Shown here piece after piece: positions 36,901 to 49,163 of a DNA stretch of 64,000 nucleotides; the first letter of the stretch is position 1; every line of letters starts with the position of its first letter. The translations under genes and the position numbers were made by a program. The notes beneath the pieces are model-generated. The model was not told the DNA's origin, did no database searches, and saw only the letters and a program-made list of their open reading frames with translations. The DNA comes from an uncultured Gammaproteobacteria bacterium (GTDB lineage Bacteria; Pseudomonadota; Gammaproteobacteria; JABCZS01): assembly GCA_963848305.1 (NCBI GenBank), contig CAWKDC010000001.1:288001-352000 (forward strand), read 5' to 3'.

Positions 36901-39900
36901 GTGGTAATAACTGGGATATCATCATACGTATAAACACTTGCGGATGAAATGGCACTCGTCCCATTGCTATTAACCACGGTGATGTTAACCGTGCCTGTTC
37001 CAGGCGGCGCGCTTGCCACCATGATGGTGGTGTCTGTTTTAGAAGTCACTGTTGCCAGCGTGTCACCAAAATAGACAGCTGTTTCATCTAAAAAACCCGT
37101 GCCTGTGATTTCAACATCTGTTCCACCATGAGAAGATCCCGCATTCGGACTCACACCCGTCACAGATGGCGTATCATCATAAGTATAACCGTTGGTAAGG
37201 GTGCCTGTGTCAATGATATTCGTGATCGCAACATCGACTGCTCCTGCAGCATGTTCGGGAGTAATGGCAGTTATCTGTGTATCACTGTTGATCGTGTATG
37301 AGGTTGCATTGAGCCCTCCAAATTCAACAGATGATGCTGTTAAAAAGCCTGATCCGGTGATGACCACTGATGTTGCCCCACCAATTGAACCTGCCGGTGG
37401 ATTGACAGAGGAGATCGTTGGCGGATTTTGGTATGTGTAGTCGGTTGTGTTAGAGATAAAATTTGTAGCAGCACTTGTGCCTGAAGGGTTTGTCACTGTG
37501 ACACCCACCGTCGTGCCTGCCGTACCCGGAGGCGCTATTGCCGTGATTTGTATGTCGCTGTTCACTGTGAATGATGTCGCGGCGTTGCTCCCAAAATCAA
37601 CATCTGTAGCTGTTAAAAATCCAGTGCCCAGGATCGTCACTATGTCACCGCCTGCAGGCAAACCGCCTATCGGTGAAACGGAAACCACTGTGGGTATACC
37701 GTCATAAGTAAATCCGTTTGTTAACGTCCCTGAACCTGTGCTATTCGTCACAACAATATTGACCACACCTGCAGCATGTGCGGGTGCAGTCGCTGTGATT
37801 TGTGTATCACTATTAATCGAATATGCAGTTGCCGCTGTGCTTCCGAATTGAACAGAGGTGGTGGTTAAAAACCCCGCCCCTAAGATCGTCACAGAAGTGC
37901 CTCCCGAAATCGGGCTTGATGATGGGCTGGCAGCAGTTACTATGGGTATGCCATCATATGTGAACCCATTCTCTAAAGTACCAGAGCCCGTGCTGTTCGT
38001 CACAACAATATTGACCACACCAGCAGATTGTGCCGGCGATGTTGCTGTAATTTGTGTATCGCTACTCACTGTGTATGACGTTGCAGCAGTACTGCCGAAT
38101 TTAACAGCTGTGGTGGTTAAAAATCCTGTCCCTGTGATCGTCACAACAGTTCCGCCGGCAATCGGGCCTGATGCTGGACTGACCGCTGTCACTGTCGGCG
38201 TTGCATCATAGGTAAAGCCATTGGTTAATGTGCCTGAGCCAGTGCTATTCGTGACTACAACATTCACGACGCCTGCAGATTGCGCCGGCGATGTCGCTGT
38301 AATTTGTGTATCGCTATTCACTGTGTATGACGTTGCCGCAGTACTGCCGAATTTAACAGCAGTGGTGGTTAAAAATCCTGTCCCTGTGATCGTCACAGAT
38401 GTACCACCCGCAATCGGGCCTGATGCTGGACTCACCGCAGTCACTGTCGGTGTGGCATCATAAGTAAAACCATTCGTTAATGTGGCAGAAGCAGTGCTAT
38501 TCGTGACTACAACATTCACCACACCTGCAGATTGCGCCGGTGTTGTCGCAGTGATACTTGTATCACTGTTGACAGTGTATGACGTTGCATTTGTTGTCCC
38601 AAATTGAACTGCTGTGGTGGTTAAAAATCCTGTCCCTGTGATCGTCACAGATGTACCGCCCGCAATTGGACCTGATGCGGGACTCACCGCTGTCACTGTC
38701 GGTGTGGCATCATATGTATACTGATTTCCAGCGCCAGTACTGCTTGTGCCCACAGGTGTTGTGACCGTCACATTCACTACCCCTGCCACACCAGCAGGTG
38801 CTACTGCGGTGATTTGTGTACCGCTGTTCACCGTATAACTTGTGGCATTATTTGCCCCGAACTTAACCGCTGCCGCCCCACTCAAATTATAAAAATCTGT
38901 GCCCGTGATCGTCACTGAAGTACCACCTGCAATAGAGCCAGCTTTAGGCGACAATGTTGTCACTGTTGGCACATTCTGATAAGTAAACTTGTCTGCACTA
39001 GAGGTCGAACTAGTTCCTGATGGATTCGTCACAGTGATATCCACTGTTGTACCATCTGTGCCTGAAGGAGATGTTGCTGTGATTTGTGTATCGCTGTTCA
39101 CCGTGAATGATGCCGCTGCTGTACTACCAAATTTCACAACTGTACTTGTTAGAAATCCCGTCCCTGTGATCGTCACAACAGTTCCGCCGGCAGGGAGTCC
39201 TGCAATGGGCGAAATGGAAGTCACTGTCGGCGTTGCATCATAGGTAAAGCCATTGGTTAATGTGCCTGAGCCAGTGCTATTCGTGACTACAACATTCACG
39301 ACGCCTGCAGATTGCGCCGGCGATGTCGCAGTAATTTGTGTATCGCTATTCACTGTGTATGACGTTGCCGCAGTACTGCCGAATTTAACAGCAGTGGTGG
39401 TTAAAAATCCTGTCCCTGTGATCGTCACAGATGTACCACCCGCAATCGGGCCTGATGCGGGACTGACCGCAGTCACTGTTGGTGTTGTGTCATACGTAAA
39501 CCCATTCGTTAATGTACCTGAGCCAGTGCTATTCGTGACTACAACATTCACCACACCTGCAGCATGTGCCGGTGCAGTCGCTGTAATTTGTGTATCACTG
39601 TTGACGGTGTATGACGTTGCAGCAGTACTACCGAATTTAACAGCAGTGGTGGTTAAAAATCCTGTCCCTGTGATCGTCACAGATGTACCGCCCGCAATTG
39701 GACCTGATGCGGGACTCACCGCTGTCACTGTTGGTGTGGCATCATATGTATACTGATTTCCAGCGCCAGTACTGCTTGTGCCCACAGGTGTTGTGACCGT
39801 CACATTCACTACCCCTGCCACACCAGCAGGTGCTACTGCGGTGATTTGTGTACCGCTGTTCACCGTATAACTTGTGGCATTATTTGCCCCGAACTTAACC

Positions 39901-42900
39901 GCTGCCGCCCCACTCAAATTATAAAAATCTGTGCCCGTGATCGTCACTGAAGTACCACCTGCAATAGAGCCAGCTTTAGGCGACAATGTTGTCACTGTTG
40001 GCACATTCTGATAAGTAAACTTGTCTGCACTAGAGGTCGAGCTAGTTCCTGATGGATTCGTCACAGTGATATCCACTGTTGTACCATCTGTGCCTGAAGG
40101 AGATGTTGCTGTGATTTGTGTATCGCTGTTCACCGTGAATGATGCCGCTGCTGTACTACCAAATTTAACAGCTGTACTTGTTAGAAATCCCGTCCCTGTG
40201 ATCGTCACAACAGTTCCGCCGGCAGGGAGTCCTGCAATGGGCGAAATGGCAGTCACTGTCGGCGTTGCATCATAGGTAAAGCCATTGGTTAATGTGCCTG
40301 AGCCAGTGCTATTCGTGACTACAACATTCACGACGCCTGCAGATTGCGCCGGCGATGTCGCTGTAATTTGTGTATCGCTATTCACTGTGTATGACGTTGC
40401 CGCAGTACTGCCGAATTTAACAGCAGTGGTGGTTAAAAATCCTGTCCCTGTGATCGTCACAGATGTACCACCCGCAATCGGGCCTGATGCTGGACTCACC
40501 GCAGTCACTGTCGGTGTGGCATCATAAGTAAAACCATTCGTTAATGTGGCAGAAGCAGTGCTATTCGTGACTACAACATTCACCACACCTGCAGATTGCG
40601 CCGGTGTTGTCGCAGTGATACTTGTATCACTGTTGACAGTGTATGACGTTGCATTTGTTGTCCCAAATTGAACTGCTGTGGTGGTTAAAAATCCTGTCCC
40701 TGTGATCGTCACAGATGTACCGCCCGCAATTGGACCTGATGCGGGACTCACCGCTGTCACTGTCGGTGTGGCATCATATGTATACTGATTTCCAGCGCCA
40801 GTACTGCTTGTGCCCACAGGTGTTGTGACCGTCACATTCACTACCCCTGCCACACCAGCAGGTGCTACTGCGGTGATTTGTGTACCGCTGTTCACCGTAT
40901 AACTTGTGGCATTATTTGCCCCGAACTTAACCGCTGCCGCCCCACTCAAATTATAAAAATCTGTGCCCGTGATCGTCACTGAAGTACCACCTGCAATAGA
41001 GCCAGCTTTAGGCGACAATGTTGTCACTGTTGGCACATTCTGATAAGTAAACTTGTCTGCACTAGAGGTCGAGCTAGTTCCTGATGGATTCGTCACAGTG
41101 ATATCCACTGTTGTACCATCTGTGCCTGAAGGAGATGTTGCTGTGATTTGTGTATCGCTGTTCACCGTGAATGATGCCGCTGCTGTACTACCAAATTTAA
41201 CAGCTGTACTTGTTAGAAATCCCGTCCCTGTGATCGTCACAACAGTTCCGCCGGCAGGGAGTCCTGCAATGGGCGAAATGGAAGTCACTGTCGGCGTTGC
41301 ATCATAGGTAAAGCCATTGGTTAATGTGCCTGAGCCAGTGCTATTCGTGACTACAACATTCACCACACCTGCAGCATGTGCCGGTGCAGTCGCTGTAATT
41401 TGTGTATCACTGTTGACGGTGTATGACGTTGCAGCAGTACTGCCGAATTTAACAGCAGTGGTGGTTAAAAATCCTGTCCCTGTGATCGTCACAGAAGTGC
41501 CGCCAACAATTGGGCCTGATGCGGGACTGACCGCAGTCACTGTTGGTGTTGTGTCATACGTAAACCCATTCGTTAATGTACCTGAGCCAGTGCTATTCGT
41601 AACCACAACATTCACGACGCCTGCTGATTGCGCCGGTGTTGTCGCAGTGATACTCGTATCACTGTTCACTGTGTAAGATGATGCCGCAGTACTGCCGAAT
41701 TTAACAGCAGTGGTGGTTAAAAATCCCGTCCCTGTGATCGTCACAGAAGTGCCGCCCGCGATCGGGCCAGATGCGGGACTGACTGCTGTCACTGTTGGTG
41801 TTGTGTCATACGTAAACCCATTCGTCAATGTACCTGAGCCAGTGCTATTCGTAACCACAACATTCACGACGCCTGCTGCTTGCGCCGGTGTTGTCGCAGT
41901 GATACTTGTATCACTGTTCACTGTATGTGACGTTGCCCCAGTACTACCGAATTTAACGACGGTGGCGGTTAAAAACCCTGTCCCTGTAATCGTCACAGAT
42001 GTGCCACCCGCAATTGGGCCAGATGCGGGACTCACTGCAGTCACTGTCGGCGTTGCATCGTAAGTAAAACCATTTGTGTCAGTGACCGTCCCTGCAGAGG
42101 CAGTGAGCACAACATTGACAGCCCCCGCTGCATGGCCGGCGTAGTCACCTTAACACTTGTACTGGTATTACTGCTGATACTAGTTCCGGCAGTGCCTCCA
42201 AAAGCAATCGAACTGGTACCCGTTAAGTTGGTTCCTGCAATCGTCACAACAGTCCCCCCTGCTAACGGACCCGCATTCGGAGTAATAGAGGTGATCGTAG
42301 GTGCAGCGTTATCAAGCATGACAGGCTTAATAGGCGCCAACGTGGTAGTCTCTTCTGAGATCGCCAAAACTCGATCCATATAAATGGAGGGCGTCTTTAC
42401 CCATTGCGCAAGATCAGGCTGAGCAAATACACCAGATAAAGTGTAAGGAGGAATCGAAGTAGATTTTCCACTTAAAAAGCTGACATTCAATCCATAAGTA
42501 TTGCTGTTCGGCGTATCATTACTTGAAATCAAACGCTGCGCATTGGCAATGATTTCCATCCCGAAAGATTGCGCAAAAGAAGGCTTGTATGCAAGCTCAA
42601 GATCATAAGTGTCGTAAATAGCACGATTTTCAGCAGCAATCGAAAACTTCATGTTATCGCCGATCAATTGATTAAGTTGCAGCGCTGCTCCTAATCTTTT
42701 ATCGTCATCATCACTATCATCAGTTAATTTATGATTGTAGCTCACATCATCATAATACAATGTTGCATCTAATGAAGTGCTCGGCGATAAACGGAGCGTT
42801 GTTCCCAGATCAAGCCCTTGGCTGGTTGCGCCCACAATATGACGCTGATTGATATAGGCTAATTCATGGGAGATGAAATTCACAGAAGACAAATGTTGAT

Positions 42901-43417
42901 TAGGAGCTTGCGCCCAATAAGCACCTACATTCAAATTTTGTAGGAAACGCTGATTCAAGTTGTGCTGAAAACGCGCACCATATGCAGCCTGATAAACCCT
43001 CTCATCAATACTGCCTGAATCGAACTCGAAAGGAAGCACTTGACTTAAATATTCAGCGCCTAATTTAATGGCACCGCTTGAATAAAGTTGATAACCTGCC
43101 GTTCCATTTAAGCGGTATTGATTAATACCGTATTCACCAAGCATACCGATAGCAAAACTTTTATTAAGTGACTGAACAAATTGCGCGTTAAAAATAGTTT
43201 TTTCTAATGTGTCATATTCAACGCCGAATGAAATAGGGCCAGATAATCCTGCCATGTCAGAGTCAAGATAAAGCGCTGTCTGACTAGGAGTTTCGGCTGG
43301 ATTCTGACCAATTGGCACCATTGTTGAATTTGCCAATGCCACCGTGGCGGTCCTTATTTGAAACAAATAGAGAAGTATTGTCCCTTGCGCAACTCTGCGG
43401 ATCCACTGCTTGCTCAT
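33936..43417 (-). CDS. Giant (~3,160 aa) surface adhesin: N-terminal putative beta-barrel, ~31 IPT/TIG domains, Cys-rich Ig-like tip; one base missing near 42134
   Basis: ORFs 42041-43483 and 33936-42110 join as TTPA/HAAGAVNVVLTASAG inside an IPT repeat; repeats PTVTAVSPASGPIAGGTSVTITGTGF...FTY; probable start MSKQW at 43417 after AGGA. Confidence 0.85.
38000..42060. repeat. Near-identical intragenic tandem repeats (about 252-bp IPT units in 1032-bp super-repeats)
   Basis: Matching shadow ORFs recur at 38221/39253/40285/41317 and 38989/40021/41053 (period 1032). Confidence 0.93.
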
Positions 43418-43509
43418 CACATTCCTTGTCATGCACATACCAAACAACGAACGCAATATATCAAAAAAAGTTGAATATTGCAAGGATTTTTTTAGCGAAC
43501 ATTTCTAGA

Positions 43510-43965
43510 TCAAAAACTAAGTGTCACGTTCACTGTGTCTGCATACGACCCCACACCGACAGAAGTTTGATTAGGCGGAATTAAACCATAGGCAGTGTAT
43601 TGACAACCAGTGACGCAATCCGAACCCTCATCGCTCACCAAACCGGTTCCGGAAGTCCCGTCTCCCCAAACTGTCGTGTACGCAGGATCGATATAAATAT
43701 TATAATTCATCGTGAAGTCGCCACTTATCATGGTGCGATCTGAGAATTCTCCACTGCTCCCTGTATCAAGGGTGAGCGTGAAAGCAGATGAACCTCCTTC
43801 TGGGCATGTAACCTCCAATTGAGTCATGCTTACATTGGTACCACTGCTGAAAGGATTGTATGATCCAAAATTCACGCCCGACGAAACATCGAGTGTACAG
43901 GCAAAGAGAATATTTACCGGTTGAAACAATAATATCAGCAAATAACTTTTCTTATCGCAAAACAT
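43510..43965 (-). CDS. Csu-type pilin lacking an N-terminal donor strand (tip/initiator candidate)
   Basis: Signal peptide followed directly by CTLDVSSGVNFGSYNP; YNIY..WGDG..YADTVNVTLSF. Confidence 0.85.
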   Translation of the reverse strand: MFCDKKSYLLILLFQPVNILFACTLDVSSGVNFGSYNPFSSGTNVSMTQLEVTCPEGGSSAFTLTLDTGSSGEFSDRTMISGDFTMNYNIYIDPAYTTVWGDGTSGTGLVSDEGSDCVTGCQYTAYGLIPPNQTSVGVGSYADTVNVTLSF

Positions 43966-43980
43966 CTGACCCTCCGAAAG

Positions 43981-44487
43981 TTAGTACGTGACAGTCACAC
44001 TGATGACATCAGAATAATTATCTACCGGCACAGTAGACTGTCCGCTCGGTATCATTCCGTAAACTGTATATTGTGATTGTGCGCCTGTGCCGATACCACA
44101 TTGGTAATCTGTACCTACGCTGCCATCTCCCCAGACGGGTCCGGTCATGGATGCATTGCCATAGAGCTGATAGGAGAGTAATTCTCCACTGCTTGCCCCC
44201 TGCATATTTCTATTCAACACATTCGAGCCGGAGTGAAGCCCTGCGCTTAAATAAATATTGTAGACCGCCCCATTAACACAGGTCACGCTGATCGTTGTTG
44301 TGGCATTTACCTTGGCGCCACTGGTGGGATCATAAATGCCAAATTGCATATCCTCAGCAGAGACCATACAAATGGCGCTGACGGATACTTGATTCATGAT
44401 CGAGGTATTCTGACTCAAAGCGAAAACCTGCGGCACGTTCAATGAACATAAACAAACACACACACGTATTAACTGTTTCATTTTCAT
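43981..44487 (-). CDS. Csu-type pilin
   Basis: VSVSAICMVSAEDMQFGIYDP..C..WGDG..YSDVISVTVTY. Confidence 0.88.
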   Translation of the reverse strand: MKMKQLIRVCVCLCSLNVPQVFALSQNTSIMNQVSVSAICMVSAEDMQFGIYDPTSGAKVNATTTISVTCVNGAVYNIYLSAGLHSGSNVLNRNMQGASSGELLSYQLYGNASMTGPVWGDGSVGTDYQCGIGTGAQSQYTVYGMIPSGQSTVPVDNYSDVISVTVTY

Positions 44488-44515
44488 ATGATATAAACAT
44501 CCTCATTAAAAACAT

Positions 44516-46957
44516 TTACTCATGACACACAATCGTTCCAAGATCAGGAATTTCATCATCTGGGTTCACAATGTAATCGATTGAGAACTGGCATTCTTTA
44601 CCATTCACCACAGCTTTAAATGCATTATGTCCTTTCACGAGTTTGTTAAGGTAGACATCTCCATTATCAGCCACCATCATGAGATGACCCGTGTCGGCTG
44701 ACTGTACATCAGTTCCCGCAAGCAATGCAACACCATGCACATCCACCAGACGCGCTATCGCACTGTAATGAGATTCAACTGCAAAATGAACGAGGTAGCC
44801 GCTTTGATAGTAAGGAATAATATAAGTTTCAGCCGATTTAATTTCTGTACCAATCGGTAGATCATTTGGCTCGATGGCAATTTTATTACTTTGATAGGGC
44901 AATAAGTTTGGCATAAAGGCTTTACCCTTGCTATTCGTGGTGGCGACAACCTGGTTGAAGTTATAAACACGAATGTCTTCATAGCCTGCCACTTCGACAA
45001 CACCAAAGCTGCTACCCAATTGACGTGATAGATAAAAGTCGTTGTCAATCACTGCAACGGCACCAGAGATGGATGCTTGGTACCCCATTTCATCAGCTTG
45101 TCTTGCGGCACCAACTGTCGCTGTACCAATATCATTTTGTCCGCTCAGGCTGGCTTGATAATTAGCAGGGTCTCCTGTTCCAGCATATAAATTGTAACCC
45201 CAACCAGGACCGAGTGGGAGAGATTGGTTAACTTGAATGGTGCCTTGGGCATCACTGCCTTGTTGGACATTACCCCCTAAATTGAGGGTCGTGCGCTCTC
45301 CAAATAAACGTGACAATGACAAATATACTGCATTGTTATCTCGAGCTTCACCAGATACCTGCGTCAATGAGGTGAGTGTTAATGCCCATGTATTCCAGAA
45401 CGTTCTATTATAGCTAACCGTCACAAAACCTGTATGACCTACACCACGATTGTTCTGTTGCACATAGTTGGTTACCAATGAACCCCATTCCCATAATGGA
45501 ATCCCCGCAAAGAACTGCCCCTGAAAAGAAGGTGCAACAGTATTTTCACCATACCCGATTTGAGTGAAATTCGAAGAGGTGGTCGTGACGTTCCACCCAA
45601 AGCTGATGCTATCCTGATCCTGACGTTGGAAGCCCAGCTCAAGCAACCCTCCTCCCCCAAACTCACTGTTGCTCACAGCTGTAGAAGCTGACACGGTGGC
45701 CCAATCCGCCAATAAATAGATTGCGCCAGCACCCACTGTTTGCTGATCCAGCAAGCCTTCAAAACGCCACTCTGCAGTGAGAATGTCATTCAACCCTACC
45801 CTGTCGGTAGCCACTGTCATGAACTGACCATAATCATTGCTTTCGTTGCCGAAATTTTCACGAATAAAACCCACATCGATTGAGTAATCGTGCAAACCTG
45901 GTTTCATGAGTGACGTACTGAGGTAGTATGGGATACTGATGGTTTGTTGACGACCCAGCATGTCAGTCACTACTACATTGAGGGTACCAGAACCATTGGC
46001 AACTGGGATTTCATTGATGGCGAATGGGCCAGGTGGTACCGATTCTTTATTCAGTAATGCATTGTTCGTATATAGGTCTACAACCGAAGGAACAACGGCT
46101 TGACCTTCATAGCCGGGCAAGGGATACGTGATAAAAGCGGGCTGTGTACCGAAATTCGTTCCCCATTGAATGCCACCAAAGCCAACTGAACTTCCCCATA
46201 AACCAGTTGCTGTATAGGAATCTCCCAAGTATAAACTGGTCATTGAATGAGGGTAATCAATTTCCCAAGTGGTATTGAGACGAACGACGCTGGACTCTTG
46301 GAATTCACTGTTGTATGTACTTAAGAACTCACTGGTGCCGGTGCCTGCTGCACAAAAAACACCAGGGACGAACAATGCTTTGACCGCGGTGATATCAGTA
46401 TATTGCTGCGCATATACATCATAGTTAAAAAACCCACCCAAATCAGGTTGGGTAGCCGTTGTAAATTCGCGCGTGTCTGCTTGAAAATAGTTTTTCTTGA
46501 ATTTATCTGGTGGCACAGATAAATTAATGGTCAAGTTTTGTGGATCTATATCAGATGCACCTTGAACATACAATGATACTGGATAGTACGCCACTCCCTC
46601 ATGAACCAAGGGTTCCCTTTGAGGGAGTTCAAATCCGTAACCTGCTAAATCACTTTCACGAATAAAAAGATTGCCGGATTTATCTTGAACGAACAATGAT
46701 ATTTGATTGGTATTGTATCCGTTGACACTCACCTCGTAGAAAATTTCCGTATACTCCTGCGAATTTTCTAGTGATGCCTGATTGATTGTCTGCGAGGATG
46801 CGTCAAGACTCGATGATCGTTCAAGCGCTGCTTGCAACAATGTCGAATGAGTAAGTGCCAATACAAAAAAAATGCTTTTGTAAGGGAAACACAACGAGAA
46901 ACGGTACATAAAAAAAGAACCCCTACAGTCCATCCTGAACAGGAAACGATTATTCAC
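44516..46957 (-). CDS. Fimbrial outer-membrane usher (CsuD-like)
   Basis: FFNYD, VRLNTTW, GGIQWGTNF, VPSVVDLY, GPFAINEIP, DMLGRQ, C-terminal PDLGTIVC; true start may be near 46909. Confidence 0.92.
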   Translation of the reverse strand: MNNRFLFRMDCRGSFFMYRFSLCFPYKSIFFVLALTHSTLLQAALERSSSLDASSQTINQASLENSQEYTEIFYEVSVNGYNTNQISLFVQDKSGNLFIRESDLAGYGFELPQREPLVHEGVAYYPVSLYVQGASDIDPQNLTINLSVPPDKFKKNYFQADTREFTTATQPDLGGFFNYDVYAQQYTDITAVKALFVPGVFCAAGTGTSEFLSTYNSEFQESSVVRLNTTWEIDYPHSMTSLYLGDSYTATGLWGSSVGFGGIQWGTNFGTQPAFITYPLPGYEGQAVVPSVVDLYTNNALLNKESVPPGPFAINEIPVANGSGTLNVVVTDMLGRQQTISIPYYLSTSLMKPGLHDYSIDVGFIRENFGNESNDYGQFMTVATDRVGLNDILTAEWRFEGLLDQQTVGAGAIYLLADWATVSASTAVSNSEFGGGGLLELGFQRQDQDSISFGWNVTTTSSNFTQIGYGENTVAPSFQGQFFAGIPLWEWGSLVTNYVQQNNRGVGHTGFVTVSYNRTFWNTWALTLTSLTQVSGEARDNNAVYLSLSRLFGERTTLNLGGNVQQGSDAQGTIQVNQSLPLGPGWGYNLYAGTGDPANYQASLSGQNDIGTATVGAARQADEMGYQASISGAVAVIDNDFYLSRQLGSSFGVVEVAGYEDIRVYNFNQVVATTNSKGKAFMPNLLPYQSNKIAIEPNDLPIGTEIKSAETYIIPYYQSGYLVHFAVESHYSAIARLVDVHGVALLAGTDVQSADTGHLMMVADNGDVYLNKLVKGHNAFKAVVNGKECQFSIDYIVNPDDEIPDLGTIVCHE

Positions 46958-47022
46958 GATAATATCAAAATATGCAACATCTGTTTGTGGTAATCATTCC
47001 AAAATACTGCTAGAGTTTTCGG

Positions 47023-47037
47023 ATGTCGAATCGACAT
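47023..47037. promoter_or_regulatory. Palindrome ATGTCGA-A-TCGACAT upstream of each propeller gene (also 49133, 51253, 53376)
   Basis: Perfect 7-bp arms, 16 nt before ATG, conserved in all four copies. Confidence 0.6.
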
Positions 47038-47053
47038 TACTCAAGGAGGATAT

Positions 47054-48993
47054 ATGCAAATTAACTTACGAAGGATCGGAATGCTCGGTTTGACATTCTC
47101 ATGTCTACTCTCTGCGCAAGCTGCTGATGAAGCATCAATGATGTGCGCCTCAGGAATGTTAGCATGCGGAATTTCTTTCCAGACTCCCATACAAGCAACA
47201 CCATCACCTTTAACACCACTTACACCGACACAAGCAATTTATACGATCGTCAATAACGATGAGGTCAATGCTGTGAATATTGCACTGGATCTTACTGAAA
47301 TTGACAGTCTTGATGACACTAATGCTGTTCAATTTGATGAGAGCATGACATGTCCTGAATCCGGTACACTCGGGGCAGGCGCAACATGCACCATCGTGCT
47401 CGATTTTGCGCCTACCGTCGTGGGTGATTTGAACTGGAATCTCACTGTCACACCAACCGGCTATGCCGCTCAACGTCCGCTGACGTTAGCGCTTGAAAGT
47501 ACCATAGGTATTCCCTATGCTTCAGCGGGTGGTTTTTACACAGATACCGATGGGGGTAACTATCCATTCCTGACAATGTCGAGCGATGCCGGTGGCACCT
47601 GGAACTATTTCCTGGATGATACCACAACACCATTACCCAATAATTATGACCCAACCTCGAGCCTTGAGTATGGCATTACGAGCACCAGCTGCTCGGGCTC
47701 CACCTGTGTGGCAGGCGGGCAATATTTTGATGGGGACAACTATTACCTCTTTGCGGCATCCAATGCGGGCGGCAGCTGGTCCTATACGTATGATAGCAGC
47801 AGCGCCGCAATACCTCTCGATTTCCTGAGTAGTTCAGACAACCCTGTATCCGTGGGCTGCTCAGGCAGCACTTGCATGCTGGGAGGACAATATACCCTAA
47901 CCGCCGGCGAGCAATATCCGTTGGGCATCATCAGCACTGATGGAGGCTTGTCCTGGGCCGTAACCATAAGCAGTGCGCTCAACCCACCTCCCGATATCTC
48001 TGAGAGTTGCTTAACTGCCGGCTTGAACGGCATCAGCTGTATAGACGCTACGTCTTGTGTGGTGGCAGGGGTATATACTAATACCAATGATTGGTACTAT
48101 CCACTCCTTGCCTACAGCACCTACAGCGACGATGCTTGGACATGGCAGCTTATCCAGATATCAGTTCGCAGATACCCAGCGATCTTGACGGGAAGTTTTT
48201 ATCCCTTGAAGCACTCAGCTGCTATGAATCTACTTGTATCGCGGGAGGAAATTATGGACCACCTGTTATGTACATGAGCTTTGACGGCGGAGAAGCCTGG
48301 TCTCTGATGATCGACAGCAGCTCCCCATCGACAGTCGTACCATCTGATTGGAATTTCAGGGCTGGTGGTTACATTAACGGCGTAAATTGTAGCGAGAGTG
48401 CCTGTGCTGTCGCTGGTACTTATGTTGACGATAGTTACGATAATTGGCCCTATATGGCAACTGCCGTTATCAGCAATGCATATCCTTGCACCAACGCCAG
48501 TAACTGCAACTGGATCATCACCATTGACTCGAGTAGTATCTTTGCGGACTGGGACAGTTCGGGATTTGGCACTAATCTAAATGAGGTATCCTGTACACAA
48601 ACCACCTGCATAGCCGTTGGAACCTACGTGAGCGAAACGGACGGAAACCAATATCCGCTAGCCATTACTTACACCTTCGCCGGTGAAGATACTGGCATTG
48701 CTTACACGGTTGATCGCAGCACCATTCAAGCTAATATGCCGACAGATTATAATGATAACTCTGGAGGTGAGCTGACAGATATCAATTGTTCAAACTGGCC
48801 CTACTGTACTGCATCAGGATATTATGCAAGCGAGCTGCATGAACCAAATACGTACCCCTTCTTGATCACCAGTCAAGATGCGGGTCATACATGGGCCTAC
48901 ACCATCGATGGCACAACGGACACGCTCCCTGTGAATTTCGTCAGCGGACAGTTCAATGCCAATAACGCTGCGCCACCTACCGTGAAGAAGTAA
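47054..48993 (+). pseudogene. Secreted Ig-like plus Asp-box beta-propeller protein, diverged copy; frameshift near 48146 (real or sequencing error)
   Basis: ORFs 47054-48277 and 48091-48993 together are collinear with the 650-aa paralogues (AWTW/YPDISSQIPSD; ends PPTVKK). Confidence 0.8.
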
Positions 48994-49017
48994 ACTGTTT
49001 AAAATAGTTGTACCCAG

Positions 49018-49051
49018 AAAAGGGACTTGAATTCATTCAAGTCCCTTTTTT
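49018..49051 (+). terminator. Intrinsic terminator, repeated at 51138-51172, 53261-53295, 55384-55417
   Basis: AAAAGGGACTTGAA-N4-TTCAAGTCCCTTTTTT; A and T tracts on both sides, so probably bidirectional. Confidence 0.9.
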
Positions 49052-49163
49052 AGTGTAAACCGATCGCATAGATGTCCTTCCCGTGCCACACATTTTTTAA
49101 CAAAAAAATATAAATTCCGCTACACTGGTTGTATGTCGAATCGACATTATTCAAGGAGGATAT

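Noticed and set aside
38000-42060. Possible CRISPR array or DGR template/variable repeats
   Set aside because: Repeats are in-frame coding domains without unique spacers; no cas or reverse transcriptase gene in the window
34357-42383. Many plus-strand Val/Pro-rich ORFs
   Set aside because: Antisense shadows of the Thr/Gly-rich IPT repeats; they recur with the repeat period
33966-47510. Active site-specific inversion fusing stalk to propeller via the shared domain
   Set aside because: Orientation would allow it, but similarity is evident only at protein level and no recombinase is nearby
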